Positions 20,524 to 30,960 of a stretch of 64,000 nt of DNA are shown here, one piece after another (the stretch's first letter is position 1; every line of letters begins with the position of its first letter). The translations under genes and the position numbers were made by a program. The notes below the pieces were generated by a model. That model did not search any database and was not told the origin of the DNA. It saw nothing but the letters and a program-made list of their open reading frames with translations. Source of the DNA: Promethearchaeota archaeon Loki_b32 (GTDB lineage: Archaea; Asgardarchaeota; Lokiarchaeia; Sigyniarchaeales; SOKP01); contig NJBH01000007.1 of assembly GCA_005223125.1 (NCBI GenBank), positions 64,001 through 128,000 on the forward strand, in the 5' to 3' direction.

Positions 20524-21402
20524 ATGACAAAAGCAGCAGTTATCTACACAAAAGATCGTGTTTATGGTGTAAATAAGTCTTTAAAGTTATTAGCTATCAA
20601 TCCTGTTAAAGATAAAAATGTAATTTTCAAACCAAATTTCAATACTGCTGATCCTCCTCCCGCTTCAAGTTCAATGGAAACTATAAAGCAGCTTATTATT
20701 AAATTAATGGAAATGGGTGCAAAGTCCATCACAGTTGCGGAACGAAGTGGCCCAGCTAATACAGCAAAAGTGTTTAAGAAAAAGGGTTTAAATGAATTAG
20801 CAAAAGAATTAGAATTTAAGGTAATTGATTTAACTGAATTACCTAAAGAAGATTTTATCCTTAAAAAACCTGAAGGATGTCATTGGAAAGAGGGATTTCT
20901 TTTTCCAAAAATATATAATGATGCGGAATGTATTGTTGAAACGTGTTGTTTAAAGACTCATATGTATGGTGGTCACTTTACTTTATCATTAAAAAACGCA
21001 GTTGCTTTAGTACCTAAAAAATTCATGAGTGAATTGCACTCTTCTAAACATCAAAGATTGATGATCGCGGAAATTAATGCTGAATACAAAGCTGATTTAA
21101 TTATCATGGATGGTCTTATTGCCTTTGTAGATCGTGGACCAATGGAAGGTACTCGAAAGGAAGCAAATGTTTTTGTTGCTGGGACAGATAAGATTGCAAT
21201 TGATGCTGTTGGTGTTTCGATATTACGGATTCTTGGAACAACACCAGAAGTATCTAATGGTCCAATTTTTGAGCAAGAACAAATTAAAAGAGCAGTAGAA
21301 TTAGGAGTGGGAATAACTTCATCTGATGAAATTGAATTTATAACTGATTCTGAAGAAGCGGAAAAACTAGTGGCACAAATCAAAGAAAAACTAGATGAAT
21401 GA
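20524..21402 (+). CDS. DUF362-domain protein
   Basis: KPNFN, LKTH..FTLSLKN, GP..G, D.IAIDA. Confidence 0.9.
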   Translation: MTKAAVIYTKDRVYGVNKSLKLLAINPVKDKNVIFKPNFNTADPPPASSSMETIKQLIIKLMEMGAKSITVAERSGPANTAKVFKKKGLNELAKELEFKVIDLTELPKEDFILKKPEGCHWKEGFLFPKIYNDAECIVETCCLKTHMYGGHFTLSLKNAVALVPKKFMSELHSSKHQRLMIAEINAEYKADLIIMDGLIAFVDRGPMEGTRKEANVFVAGTDKIAIDAVGVSILRILGTTPEVSNGPIFEQEQIKRAVELGVGITSSDEIEFITDSEEAEKLVAQIKEKLDE

Positions 21403-21473
21403 ATAGAATTTTTTTTATATGAATAAATAAAAACTAAAATTTTTACTTATTTTTATATTCCTTCTTGGCTTTC

Positions 21474-21857
21474 TCATTCTCCTGACAAAGCGGCATGTGC
21501 TTTCTCTAAGTCATCAACTCCGAGAACTATTCTATTATTCTCAGCAAAATAGATTAGATCAATATTAACGCCAGCATCACCTATTTTACGAGCCATATTC
21601 CCCCCTGTGCCAGGTTTTCCCACAATATGACCTAGATCTACAACGAGTACTTCACGCACGGCACGTACTTCAAAACCAGCATCTTCAAGTAACCAGCGGG
21701 TTGTTTCTTCATCTTCAACCAAAATATGGACAAAGGCTTCATTTTTTAAGGGAAATCCACATAACCCTTCCATATTGATGCCATTCTTACCCAGAGTTTC
21801 ACCCATATCCGCTAATGTACCTGGTTGATTTTTTAAAACAACAGTTAAATCCTTCAA
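21474..21857 (-). CDS. Tandem ACT-domain protein
   Basis: NQPGTLA..GIN and KPG..GVNID. Confidence 0.85.
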   Translation of the reverse strand: MKDLTVVLKNQPGTLADMGETLGKNGINMEGLCGFPLKNEAFVHILVEDEETTRWLLEDAGFEVRAVREVLVVDLGHIVGKPGTGGNMARKIGDAGVNIDLIYFAENNRIVLGVDDLEKAHAALSGE

Positions 21858-22033
21858 TATTTATATCCTCCTATTATTATTTATTTAATTTATTAAATTA
21901 AATCTTATTTCGTTTTCACGAGATTTTTTTGCAATGCTTAATTATGTCTTTTCCCTATTTAAGCTTTCTTTTGAAATTTCTCTTTTATAAATAAATATAA
22001 AAAAAGATATGGAAATAGAGGAGTATTATGTTT

Positions 22034-25000
22034 TTATAGTACTGAAATAAAATCTTCTGAAGACCTATAGATAACAATATCATTTACTATTAAAGTCCAT
22101 TTGAATAGTATGATTATATGTTGTTCTGTACAATTAACAAAGCCATTTAAAATAAGTCCTTCGCCAGAAAAAAGAATATCGTCAATTAGAGTAAAATTAA
22201 TACCAGAAAGGGTTCCGGTGTCGAAAGTATAATTTTCTATTGGATAAAGATACGGTGGTACTAAAATTGAAAAGTCTCCACCATCTTCTCGATACAATGA
22301 AAGATTAACCTTTATATTATAACCCGGAGCAGAAACACTTTCATTGAAATTTTCAAGTTCAATTCTAAAGCCCGCAAGATCGTTTGGCAAAGTCATTGAG
22401 TTATCCATATTAAAATCAAAAGATATGGCAAATATTTTGACTATTATTGTTAAAATATTGGAAGTTGTATTCCCAAATTCATTCGATGCTTTCACGAGGA
22501 ATTCATAAGTTCCAGAAGTTATATCAAAAATTGGATAAGTTGTCTGTGAACTGGGCAGATTTCCGATTAACAAGCTATTATTTCTATAGATTGAATAACT
22601 TTCTGCAAGTTCAGATTCAGTCCAATTTAGTATAAAGGAACCATCAATATCAGGATTATCTGCATCACTTGATAAAATAAATGGTCTTGGCGCGAAATTT
22701 TCTAAACTATCATACGCTTCAAATGCCTCTGATCCATAACCTACCTGTCGTGTGAAAGCATTTACGAATCCTGCTAATTTTAACTGTTGCAACCCTCCAA
22801 CAGAACTATATGTAGGTATGTAATAATAAACTGTTCCTCCAAGGGGATATATAAGGGTATTTCCATTTCTGGCACCGGCAATTAAAGTAATTTCTTGTGT
22901 TGCTTCAGTTACATATGTATCTCTCGCAGTTTTAGGACCAATTAAGTTCTCAGTTGAATTTCTTGTATGATAAAAAATTGCTTCTCCAAAATTATCTCCA
23001 TGCCTTATAACGTACATTCCTGCTAAAGTCCTCGCTTCTGTACCTTTATATTCTACCAAATCTAACCCTATAAATTCTATCCCATCTCCTAGATTTGTTT
23101 CGATATAGAAAAGATCTCCATTTTCCGGTCGTTCATGAAAATCATCTCCTCTCTTCCATTTCTTTAAGTCTTGCACATGATATTTATAATTTGCTTCTAA
23201 TTGTAATTCGAATAAATTTTCAGGATATCTTAATTGAAATTTTAACCATGTAGGAATATCTTGCCAATCGTAAGCATCCATATAGTGCTTCCAAAGTGAG
23301 TATGTTGAATCAATGGTAGATTCTATTAAACTAGGATTTTTATACATAACCATTTCCCCATTTTTCACATCTACTAAACAGATTCCCAAAAATCGCAATA
23401 TTGGAGAACGTGAATATGATCCTATATTTATTGAAGTAAAAATTGAAACTGCATAATACATCTTATTATTATAACTATCAAAAACTAAATAAGGATCATA
23501 ATCTATACTCAATTGAGGTAAAAGTATTTTTCGTACACGACTTTTCACGTTTCTATTAATCAAATAAGAGTATTCACCCCCTTCAAAAACATAACCCCAT
23601 AATCCTAAGTTTACAGTATACCAGAATGCTTCTAAACCTTTAAGTACTCCATCTGGTTCACCTTCGTAAACATATTTATTGTTAGGAATTCCACCTCTCC
23701 AACCTGTATCAAGTAATATCGATTCATCATACGCTCCTAAACCCGGCTTAGAATTTTGTTGTTCTAAAAACTTCTTACTTTCAGATTCTCCAAAGAATAT
23801 TGGATAATCTTCAGAAATGTTAAAAATTGAACTAATATTAACTAACTCTCCTGTGAATGTATCCATTGCTAAGAATCCTTCAATGTGATCATATAATTCA
23901 GTATTAGTTTTGACAGGATCTCCTGAAAATTGAGATAATCTAATAGATTTTGGAGCAACCCAATATTCTGTTCCATCTATATAAACTATGTCAGAATCTG
24001 CTAATCCTTCGAATGTTGTACCTATTTTTGCTGCTAAACTCTGAACAGCAAAATCTTGATCGAATTGTCTTATCTGTGATATCATTTGAGTATCATTCAA
24101 GGGATCTGATGATAAAGTAAAATTTTCTATTGATCGTTCTTCAATCATATCCAGTCCAGCACATGCACGTGTCCAAGAGATTTCCCTATTAATTTTTTGA
24201 GTCCATTCATATTGCGAATAAACAGATGTGTTGCTAATTGTTACTGCTGGACCAATACTAGTTAGAGCAGGTAAGGTTATGAGGAAAATAAGTACACCAG
24301 CTATTATCCCCATTTTAATTCTCTGAGGTTTCAATATCACGTAATTTTTTGGATTTCTTTTTAATTTAATGCGTCCATAAATATACACTGAAATACCTAA
24401 CCCTATTAATCCTATAAAAGCAATAACTAATGACCACATTTGTAATAACTGAATCCCATTTAATGCAAAACTAGGTAAAGAAAAAAATATTATTCCACAA
24501 AAAGAACCAATTATCATCAATGCGTTTGATATTATATTATAATCATTTCTTTTCAAATAAAAATTACTTGCAATGTTTAAAACCATTCTAAAAATTAAAA
24601 TTCCTAAAATATAATAAATTAAGGGTAAATAAAGCCTCGAGTAGATAAAAATAAATTCAATATTGGTATTATTCGGATTTAGCAACACATCAAAAGCGTC
24701 GGTGAATAGTGTAAACGGTGATAGTGTTATTGCACCTTTTTCATACAAATACATAACCCATGAAAACTGACCATCGAAGTCCAATAGCATCCCAATTAAA
24801 TAAAACAGGACGAAACCACCAGTCCACCAAAAAATCAATGATTTTAGCCTAGAGGGTTTACCAAATCTTAGGCGGGTACCAATTATTGTTAATAAATTTT
24901 GATTAGGCGGTAAACTCATTATTATACAGCCAGTAATAGCTCCAATTAAAGCTGTCTTATTAAAAAAGAAATTGATTGACCAGAAATTCAAAAAATAGAA

Positions 25001-25345
25001 TTCATAATAATTAAGCCCCCCGGCTTTATTCTCATAAAGTTGAGCATTTAAGTTAATTGGCCCAAACCAGGCTGGCCAAAACCAGAAGATCGATAAAATA
25101 ACTAAAATTATTACTACAGTGGGTAATAAAATTTTTAAATATTTTTTAAATCTCGGAATTTTTTGAAACACAGAAGCTACAAGTGATTTTCTTGTAGGAG
25201 GCTTGCCAGATCCTTCAATTTTAGCAATATTCCCACGCTCTAGATTTTTTACTTGTTGTTGTACTTCATATTTTCTATTAACTTCCTGGCAATCTTCACA
25301 ATAATAGTTAAACTTCTCGTGTTTTTCGCAAGATCTTTTTACCAT
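22034..25345 (-). CDS. UPF0182-family membrane protein with FN3-like C-terminal domain
   Basis: About 8 TM helices; PIFFGE, RNV..RV, DYDPYLV, LRYPENLFELQ, RNGNTLIYP; W..YSIY..YEFLVKA.N.FG FN3 pattern. Confidence 0.85.
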   Translation of the reverse strand: MVKRSCEKHEKFNYYCEDCQEVNRKYEVQQQVKNLERGNIAKIEGSGKPPTRKSLVASVFQKIPRFKKYLKILLPTVVIILVILSIFWFWPAWFGPINLNAQLYENKAGGLNYYEFYFLNFWSINFFFNKTALIGAITGCIIMSLPPNQNLLTIIGTRLRFGKPSRLKSLIFWWTGGFVLFYLIGMLLDFDGQFSWVMYLYEKGAITLSPFTLFTDAFDVLLNPNNTNIEFIFIYSRLYLPLIYYILGILIFRMVLNIASNFYLKRNDYNIISNALMIIGSFCGIIFFSLPSFALNGIQLLQMWSLVIAFIGLIGLGISVYIYGRIKLKRNPKNYVILKPQRIKMGIIAGVLIFLITLPALTSIGPAVTISNTSVYSQYEWTQKINREISWTRACAGLDMIEERSIENFTLSSDPLNDTQMISQIRQFDQDFAVQSLAAKIGTTFEGLADSDIVYIDGTEYWVAPKSIRLSQFSGDPVKTNTELYDHIEGFLAMDTFTGELVNISSIFNISEDYPIFFGESESKKFLEQQNSKPGLGAYDESILLDTGWRGGIPNNKYVYEGEPDGVLKGLEAFWYTVNLGLWGYVFEGGEYSYLINRNVKSRVRKILLPQLSIDYDPYLVFDSYNNKMYYAVSIFTSINIGSYSRSPILRFLGICLVDVKNGEMVMYKNPSLIESTIDSTYSLWKHYMDAYDWQDIPTWLKFQLRYPENLFELQLEANYKYHVQDLKKWKRGDDFHERPENGDLFYIETNLGDGIEFIGLDLVEYKGTEARTLAGMYVIRHGDNFGEAIFYHTRNSTENLIGPKTARDTYVTEATQEITLIAGARNGNTLIYPLGGTVYYYIPTYSSVGGLQQLKLAGFVNAFTRQVGYGSEAFEAYDSLENFAPRPFILSSDADNPDIDGSFILNWTESELAESYSIYRNNSLLIGNLPSSQTTYPIFDITSGTYEFLVKASNEFGNTTSNILTIIVKIFAISFDFNMDNSMTLPNDLAGFRIELENFNESVSAPGYNIKVNLSLYREDGGDFSILVPPYLYPIENYTFDTGTLSGINFTLIDDILFSGEGLILNGFVNCTEQHIIILFKWTLIVNDIVIYRSSEDFISVL

Positions 25346-25915
25346 ATCTATTCATCTTATTAATTAAAGTTAAAAATTGTAGTTATATTTAGATTATAAG
25401 ATCTTTTATTTTAAATCTTAGTATAAGGGATTTTAATAAGGAAAAAATTGAGTTAATTCTTTTTTGATGAATTATTATTATTTTATTTTAATTTCGCTTT
25501 TCCTTTTCTTAAAATCTTAAGAATATGGGAGTCACATAAAACCTCCGAGGATCCTATTAATAGTGATACTAATTATTAATTATCCAAAAAAAATAAAATA
25601 ATAAAAAAAGGTATCTATCCATAAAAATTAATCATCTATTAGTATCCCTACTTATAAAATAGCTTCTTTACTTATTTTATAAGTAAAATTCTTTTTTTCT
25701 ATTATCTGTAAAAATAGTTAAATTTAAGCAGAGAATCAATATCAGATTGGTAAGCTCTTATAAATTTTTATTTTATTTTTTAATTATACTAAAAAAATCT
25801 AATTATGGCATAAATAAAAAAAGAAAAAATAAAATCTTTGCTCAAGAACATACTCCCTCCCTCTTACCATCTAAAATCTACCATCACTACTTTACCGCTC
25901 CGGACATGCACAATT

Positions 25916-25940
25916 CCCTCATGCCCTAAGCCTGAACCTT
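25916..25940 (-). other. 3' arm of the pre-23S processing stem BHB motif
   Basis: RNA AAGGUUCAG-GCUU-AGG-GCAUGAGGG pairs with 29430-29454. Confidence 0.85.
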
Positions 25941-26060
25941 ATGGTTCCTCTTTCAACACCACACACTCGTGCTATTGAGAGTGGCGGGCTGAATAGGTCG
26001 CCCGAAAGCTCCCTACGTACACCCCCACCTCACTAACCCCGTCTTATACGGGTGCACTCG

Positions 26061-26228
26061 TCTCGCATACTCAGTTCGCGTCACCGCGCCCTGATCTCGT
26101 TAACTCGCAAATAATCCATTTAGATTATGATGTATTCTTATGATTAGCTTCTGACGATCACAGGTGTGTCTTACTAACCAACACCAACCTAAATACACCA
26201 CTCACTCATTAACACTCGCTATACGAGA
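26061..26228 (-). other. Supersized expansion segment ES39 (helix 98), about 168 nt
   Basis: Closing stem UCUCGUAUA/UAUGCGAGA at the helix 98 position. Confidence 0.85.
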
Positions 26229-26417
26229 TTGGCTGACTATTTTCGGGTCCGACTTCGTGCTTAGATGCTTTCAGCACTTATCCGTTGGCGCGTGGCTGCC
26301 CGGCAATACCTTGTCAGATAACCGGTACACTAGAGGCGCCGGCAAAATGTTCCTCTCGTACTGATTTTCCCTTACCCTCAGTCAACCTACAAACCCAGTA
26401 GATAGAATCCGACCTGT

Positions 26418-26576
<159 letters not shown>

Positions 26577-26608
26577 TTAATGGGCGTACAGCCCCACCCT
26601 TGGGAGTT

Positions 26609-26638
26609 ATGCGCCACAGCTCCTCTGCGGAACTGCGT
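26609..26638 (-). other. 30-nt insertion in helix 91, probable relaxed-BHB intron
   Basis: GCAC-AU|A hairpin GCGC-AU|A, with one A·C mismatch in the central helix. Confidence 0.6.
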
Positions 26639-27237
26639 ATGTGCGCTCCCAGGATAGGAAGAGCCGACATCGAGGAAGCAAGCCACGAGGTCGATAGGAA
26701 CTCTTACTCGTGACAACTCTGTTACCCCCGGGGTAATTTTTCTATCACCTTAACCAGCCACACGAGCTCAGTTAAGGATCGCTAGACCAGGCGTTAGCCT
26801 CAGGATTCCTTGGTGATCAGAATCCAGTCAGACCAGCTTTTGCTCTTAAACTCTTCAGCGGATTCCTGACCCGCCTGAGCTGATCATTGGTTACTCTAGA
26901 TATTGTTTCTAGAGTGAGCCGCCCCAGCCAAACTGCCCACCTGCGGGTGTTCGATGCGATTTGCATCGTTAGTGATACCAGAGGGGAAAGCCGGTGTTCC
27001 AATGATGCTCCGCCGTGACCGAAATCGCGGCATCTACGCTCCCGACTACACTCTGTATCCAATCCAGGACCACAACAACAGGCTGCAGTAAAACTCCACG
27101 GGGTCTTCTCGTCCCACTGGGTTTCTCCGGACCGTTCGCCGGAGTGTAATTTCAATCGTCAGAAGGCTGGGACAATGGGGAGAACGTTGGACCATTCATG
27201 CACGTCTGAACTTACCAGACAAGGCATTTGGCTACCT

Positions 27238-27267
27238 TACTCTCGAGAGGTCGAGACGACGTATCGT
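27238..27267 (-). other. 30-nt BHB intron in 23S after ~A1927
   Basis: CUCU-UA|A / AGAG-UA|A; removal restores CUCUCUUAAGGUAGC. Confidence 0.9.
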
Positions 27268-28592
27268 TAAGAGAGTTATAGTTACTCCCGGCGTTTAGCA
27301 GGACTTACTCGGGTTGTAACCCGGATTTATCAGACTGCCACTGGCCAGGTTTCAGCCACTGTAAACAAGTTTTCACTCTATCAGTGACCTATGTTTTTAT
27401 TAAACAGTCGTCCCCCCCTAGTTATTGCAACTTGTGAGCCCCTTCACACTGCCGAAGCTGCGTGAAGAAGTTCGCAAGCAAGCCTTCTCCCAAAGTTACG
27501 GCTCTAATTTGTCGATTTCCCTAGCCTCCTTTACACGAATACGCCTTAGGCTACTCACCTAGGGGCACCTGTGTCGGTTCTGGGTACGATCACGGCATTT
27601 CTTACTTTTGCCTTTTTAATAGGTCCTGGGCTCGGCGGAACCTTCCACAATTGGATGGCTATTCATGGTTTAAGCTGGGTCTAAGTTTTACACTATTCAC
27701 CAGCTTTATGCATTTAAATAGGGAGATATTCGACGGCCCTATTCCACCTACCCTGAACCGTCAGCATAAAGTCGTGCGTCACCGCTATTCGTAGTGCCGT
27801 GGTACAGGAATATAAACCTGTTTCCCTTTCGCGCATACCAGTTAAGGGTACGCTTAGGATCGACTAACTCTTCGCTGACGACGCATTGCAAAGAAACCCT
27901 TGCCCTTTCGGCGGATGGGATTCTAACCCATCTATGCTTTTACTATTACCAGGATGTTCACTCCGGGCAGATCCACAGGAACTCACGCACCTGCTTCTAC
28001 TCTACCCGGACGCTCCCCTACCGGATCACGGGGTTCTTCCGCCCGTGCCCTTGGGTCTCGGTGGCAGATTTAAGCCCCGTCCATTTTCGGGGCTATATTT
28101 CTCGGCAAATGAGTTGTTACACACTCGTTAGGGAATGGCTACTTCTATACCTATCCTTTTGCTGTTTTAGAAATATAACGCCCTTCTGTTTAACACTTAA
28201 CCTGCACTTAGGGACCTTAACCCAAGTCTAGGTTGTTCCCTTCTCGGCGATGGACTTTACGCCCACCAACCCGTTTCCCAGAGTCTGCAGTGCCAGCAGT
28301 TTCGGAGTTTAAGAGCGGGGAGAGGAATTTCTTCCCCATACCACGCAATTAGTGCTCTACGCCACTGGCTGCCTCGTCTGAGACTTGGCTGATACCAACT
28401 TCGGGGAGAACCAGCTATCACCGATCTAGATTAGCCTTTTGCTCCTATTCCCAGTTCATCCAAGCGAATTGCACGTCAGCACTGGTGCAGACCTCCATCG
28501 CCCTTTCGAACGACTTCATCTTGACCAGGAATAGATCGACCGGCTTCGGGTATTATAGCAGAGACTTTTGGCCCTTTGAGACCATTCTCCTG

Positions 28593-28681
28593 GCCTAATT
28601 CCTTAGAAGGATTAGCTAAACGTTGTTAGAATGGCATAACCACTCGTTAACGAGTAGGTCTTCCTAATGTGATAATTAGGT
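28593..28681 (-). other. Enlarged expansion segment ES9, about 90 nt
   Basis: GCCTAATT/AATTAGGT closing stem around an AT-richer insert with an ACTCGTTAACGAGT hairpin. Confidence 0.75.
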
Positions 28682-29429
28682 TGCAAGAATATCGGTTTCC
28701 CTATGCCTACGCGCCGCAAGACGCTTAAGCTTGCCACTACTATAAACTCCCTGGCCAATGATTCCAGACTGATGATGCGACCCTAGTCCTCTGTATTCTG
28801 ATATTCTGTCACCAGAACTCATTCATGCAGAATCTGTCCTTTCAGGCCGCATCCTTAATAAGCTATTTGGTTTCAAGCACTTTTCACAGCCCTTCCGGGT
28901 TACTTTTCATCTTTTGTTCACACTACTACTACGCTATCGGTCTTGGGACATATTTAGATTTGCCAGCGTGTATCTGGCACATTCGTACGAGAAAACCATC
29001 CCGCACTACTCAGGGACTCTTGCAGCAGCCATCTAGATTACGATTACGCGGCTGTCACGCTCTATGGCTCAGCATTCCAGAGGTATTCATCTTCTCTAGA
29101 GAGGCCGTACAAGGCCCATACACCACATTTCCCATAGGTTTCCCTTGGGATTCGGTTTGATCTGTTCCGCTTTCGCTCGCCGTTACTTACGGAATCACTA
29201 TTGTTTTCTTTTCCTCCTGGTACTAAAATGTTTTACTTCCCAGGGTTCCCCTTCCCTGACGGGAATCTTGCGGATTATTAAGCCGCAAGCGGATGTCCTA
29301 TTCGAGAATCTCGGGGTCAGCGTCTTCATGCGACTAACCCGAGCTTATCGCAGCTTGTCACGCTCTTCATCGGTGCCCAAGCCAAGATATTCACCAAATA
29401 GCGGAGGCGTATTGGCGTTTAGTTGAGGA

Positions 29430-29454
29430 AAGATTCAGATTGCTTGCATAAGGG
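29430..29454 (-). other. 5' arm of the pre-23S processing stem BHB motif
   Basis: RNA CCCUUAUGC-AAGC-AAU-CUGAAUCUU. Confidence 0.85.
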
Positions 29455-29808
29455 TTGCATATTCGGAGACGGTAAATGAATTAAGCATTTTTTTAAGCTT
29501 GCTCAATATCCTTAATGACGATTTGAGACGATAATTAGAAGACATAATTTAAAAAGGGAGTATGTTCCTATGAGCATGATTTTCATGCTTGGCGTAGCAC
29601 ATCGTTTCCTGTATCATCTCATTCATGGGGTATTTCATGCGCCGTGCTGAAGTTTTTCCTTCATGTTACTATCTTTGCCATCAAATTCTCGCATGTTTCG
29701 CCTTATGAGGTGTACTTCCACGAGGCGTTGCCAATTAAAGGTATATATCATCTATAAAAGATGAGATATCTTCTCACCAATAATTATCGATAGTAAAACT
29801 ACCATCGA

Positions 29809-29846
29809 CAAAATATTAGAGTAAATACTTGATTAAAAATTTTATG
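29809..29846 (-). promoter_or_regulatory. Putative 23S promoter (TATA 29832-29839, TSS about 29809)
   Basis: CATAAA-TTTTTAAT about 23 nt upstream of the 5' hairpin UCGAUGGUAG-UU-UUACUAUCGA. Confidence 0.55.
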
Positions 29847-30065
29847 GTCTTATAACATAAACTTTAAAAGGGAAAACAAATAATTTGAGTAATTTTAATT
29901 ATATAGTTAATAATCCTTGTTATTAATGAATGAGGGAAGTAACTGAGAGAGCAAATTAGAAAATATAGTAACTTTTATAGTTTAATTATGAATACCTTAA
30001 ATTATTAATAATAGCCACATAAGATTTCGAAGGGATAGTGGAAAGTTTATTCAGAATAGTAGCTA

Positions 30066-30938
30066 ATGACGAGAAAGAAGATTTTAATAGGAACCTCGGG
30101 ATGGGGTTATGATGAGTGGGTAGGCTCTTTTTATCCGAAGAGTATAAGGAAAAAGGATTATTTACTTTATTATTCAGAGATTTTTTATACTAATGAGATT
30201 AATACGACGTTTTATAACATTCCCCCGAGATGGATTGTTGAGAATTGGGTTAGTAAAACACCGAGGGATTTTTTATTTTCAGCAAAACTCCCTCAATCGG
30301 TAACACATGAACATAAATTAGATACAAATCTATGTTTAGATGATTTAGACTATTTTTTAAAAGCAATGGAACCATTGATTGAATCGAAAAAGTTATTGGC
30401 GTTTTTGGTTCAACTACCACCCGTTTTTAAAAAAGACGAGCATTTTAGCAATTTGAAGGAGTTTATTGATAATTGGCCGGGAAATCCTGAAAATGATAAT
30501 TACAATTTAGTTATTGAATTTAGAGATAAATCGTGGATGGATGATGAGGTTTTTCGATATTTAGAAGAGAAATCTTTAACTTATTGTGCGGTTATTGAAC
30601 CCCTATTACCTCCAAGGATGGACGTAACAAATCCGTCTTTTGCATATATCAGATTTCATGGTTATGGTAAGGATATTTGGTTTGACTATTGTTTTACTGA
30701 ACAGGAAATACAAAAATGGGCGGTTCCAATTAAAGAGGTAATTCAGAAAACAGATAAAGTTGGAATTTATTTTAATAATCACTTTTCAGGATATGCAACT
30801 AAGAATTCATTGATGCTAATGAAAGAATTAGATATCAAACCTAAGACTTCGCCAGAAGCTGTAAGTCTTTTAGATATTAAGAAAAAGACAGGAGAATATT
30901 CAAAGGGTCAAGTGGGTTTAGATAAATTTATTAAATAA
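30066..30938 (+). CDS. DUF72-domain protein
   Basis: GTSGWGY, EINTTFY, QLPP, EFR..SW, YIRFHG, YFNNH. Confidence 0.93.
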   Translation: MTRKKILIGTSGWGYDEWVGSFYPKSIRKKDYLLYYSEIFYTNEINTTFYNIPPRWIVENWVSKTPRDFLFSAKLPQSVTHEHKLDTNLCLDDLDYFLKAMEPLIESKKLLAFLVQLPPVFKKDEHFSNLKEFIDNWPGNPENDNYNLVIEFRDKSWMDDEVFRYLEEKSLTYCAVIEPLLPPRMDVTNPSFAYIRFHGYGKDIWFDYCFTEQEIQKWAVPIKEVIQKTDKVGIYFNNHFSGYATKNSLMLMKELDIKPKTSPEAVSLLDIKKKTGEYSKGQVGLDKFIK

Positions 30939-30960
30939 TTTAAATGAGACACAACAAATT

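Noticed and set aside
27421-27800. Further expansions in helices 63 and 54
   Set aside because: Lengths are near the normal variable range and cannot be called without an alignment
29589-29734. Possible 5S rRNA upstream of 23S (UUGGC..GCCAA ends, GUACACC)
   Set aside because: Lacks the conserved CGAAC loop and the 5S helix layout; kept only as an unknown structured element
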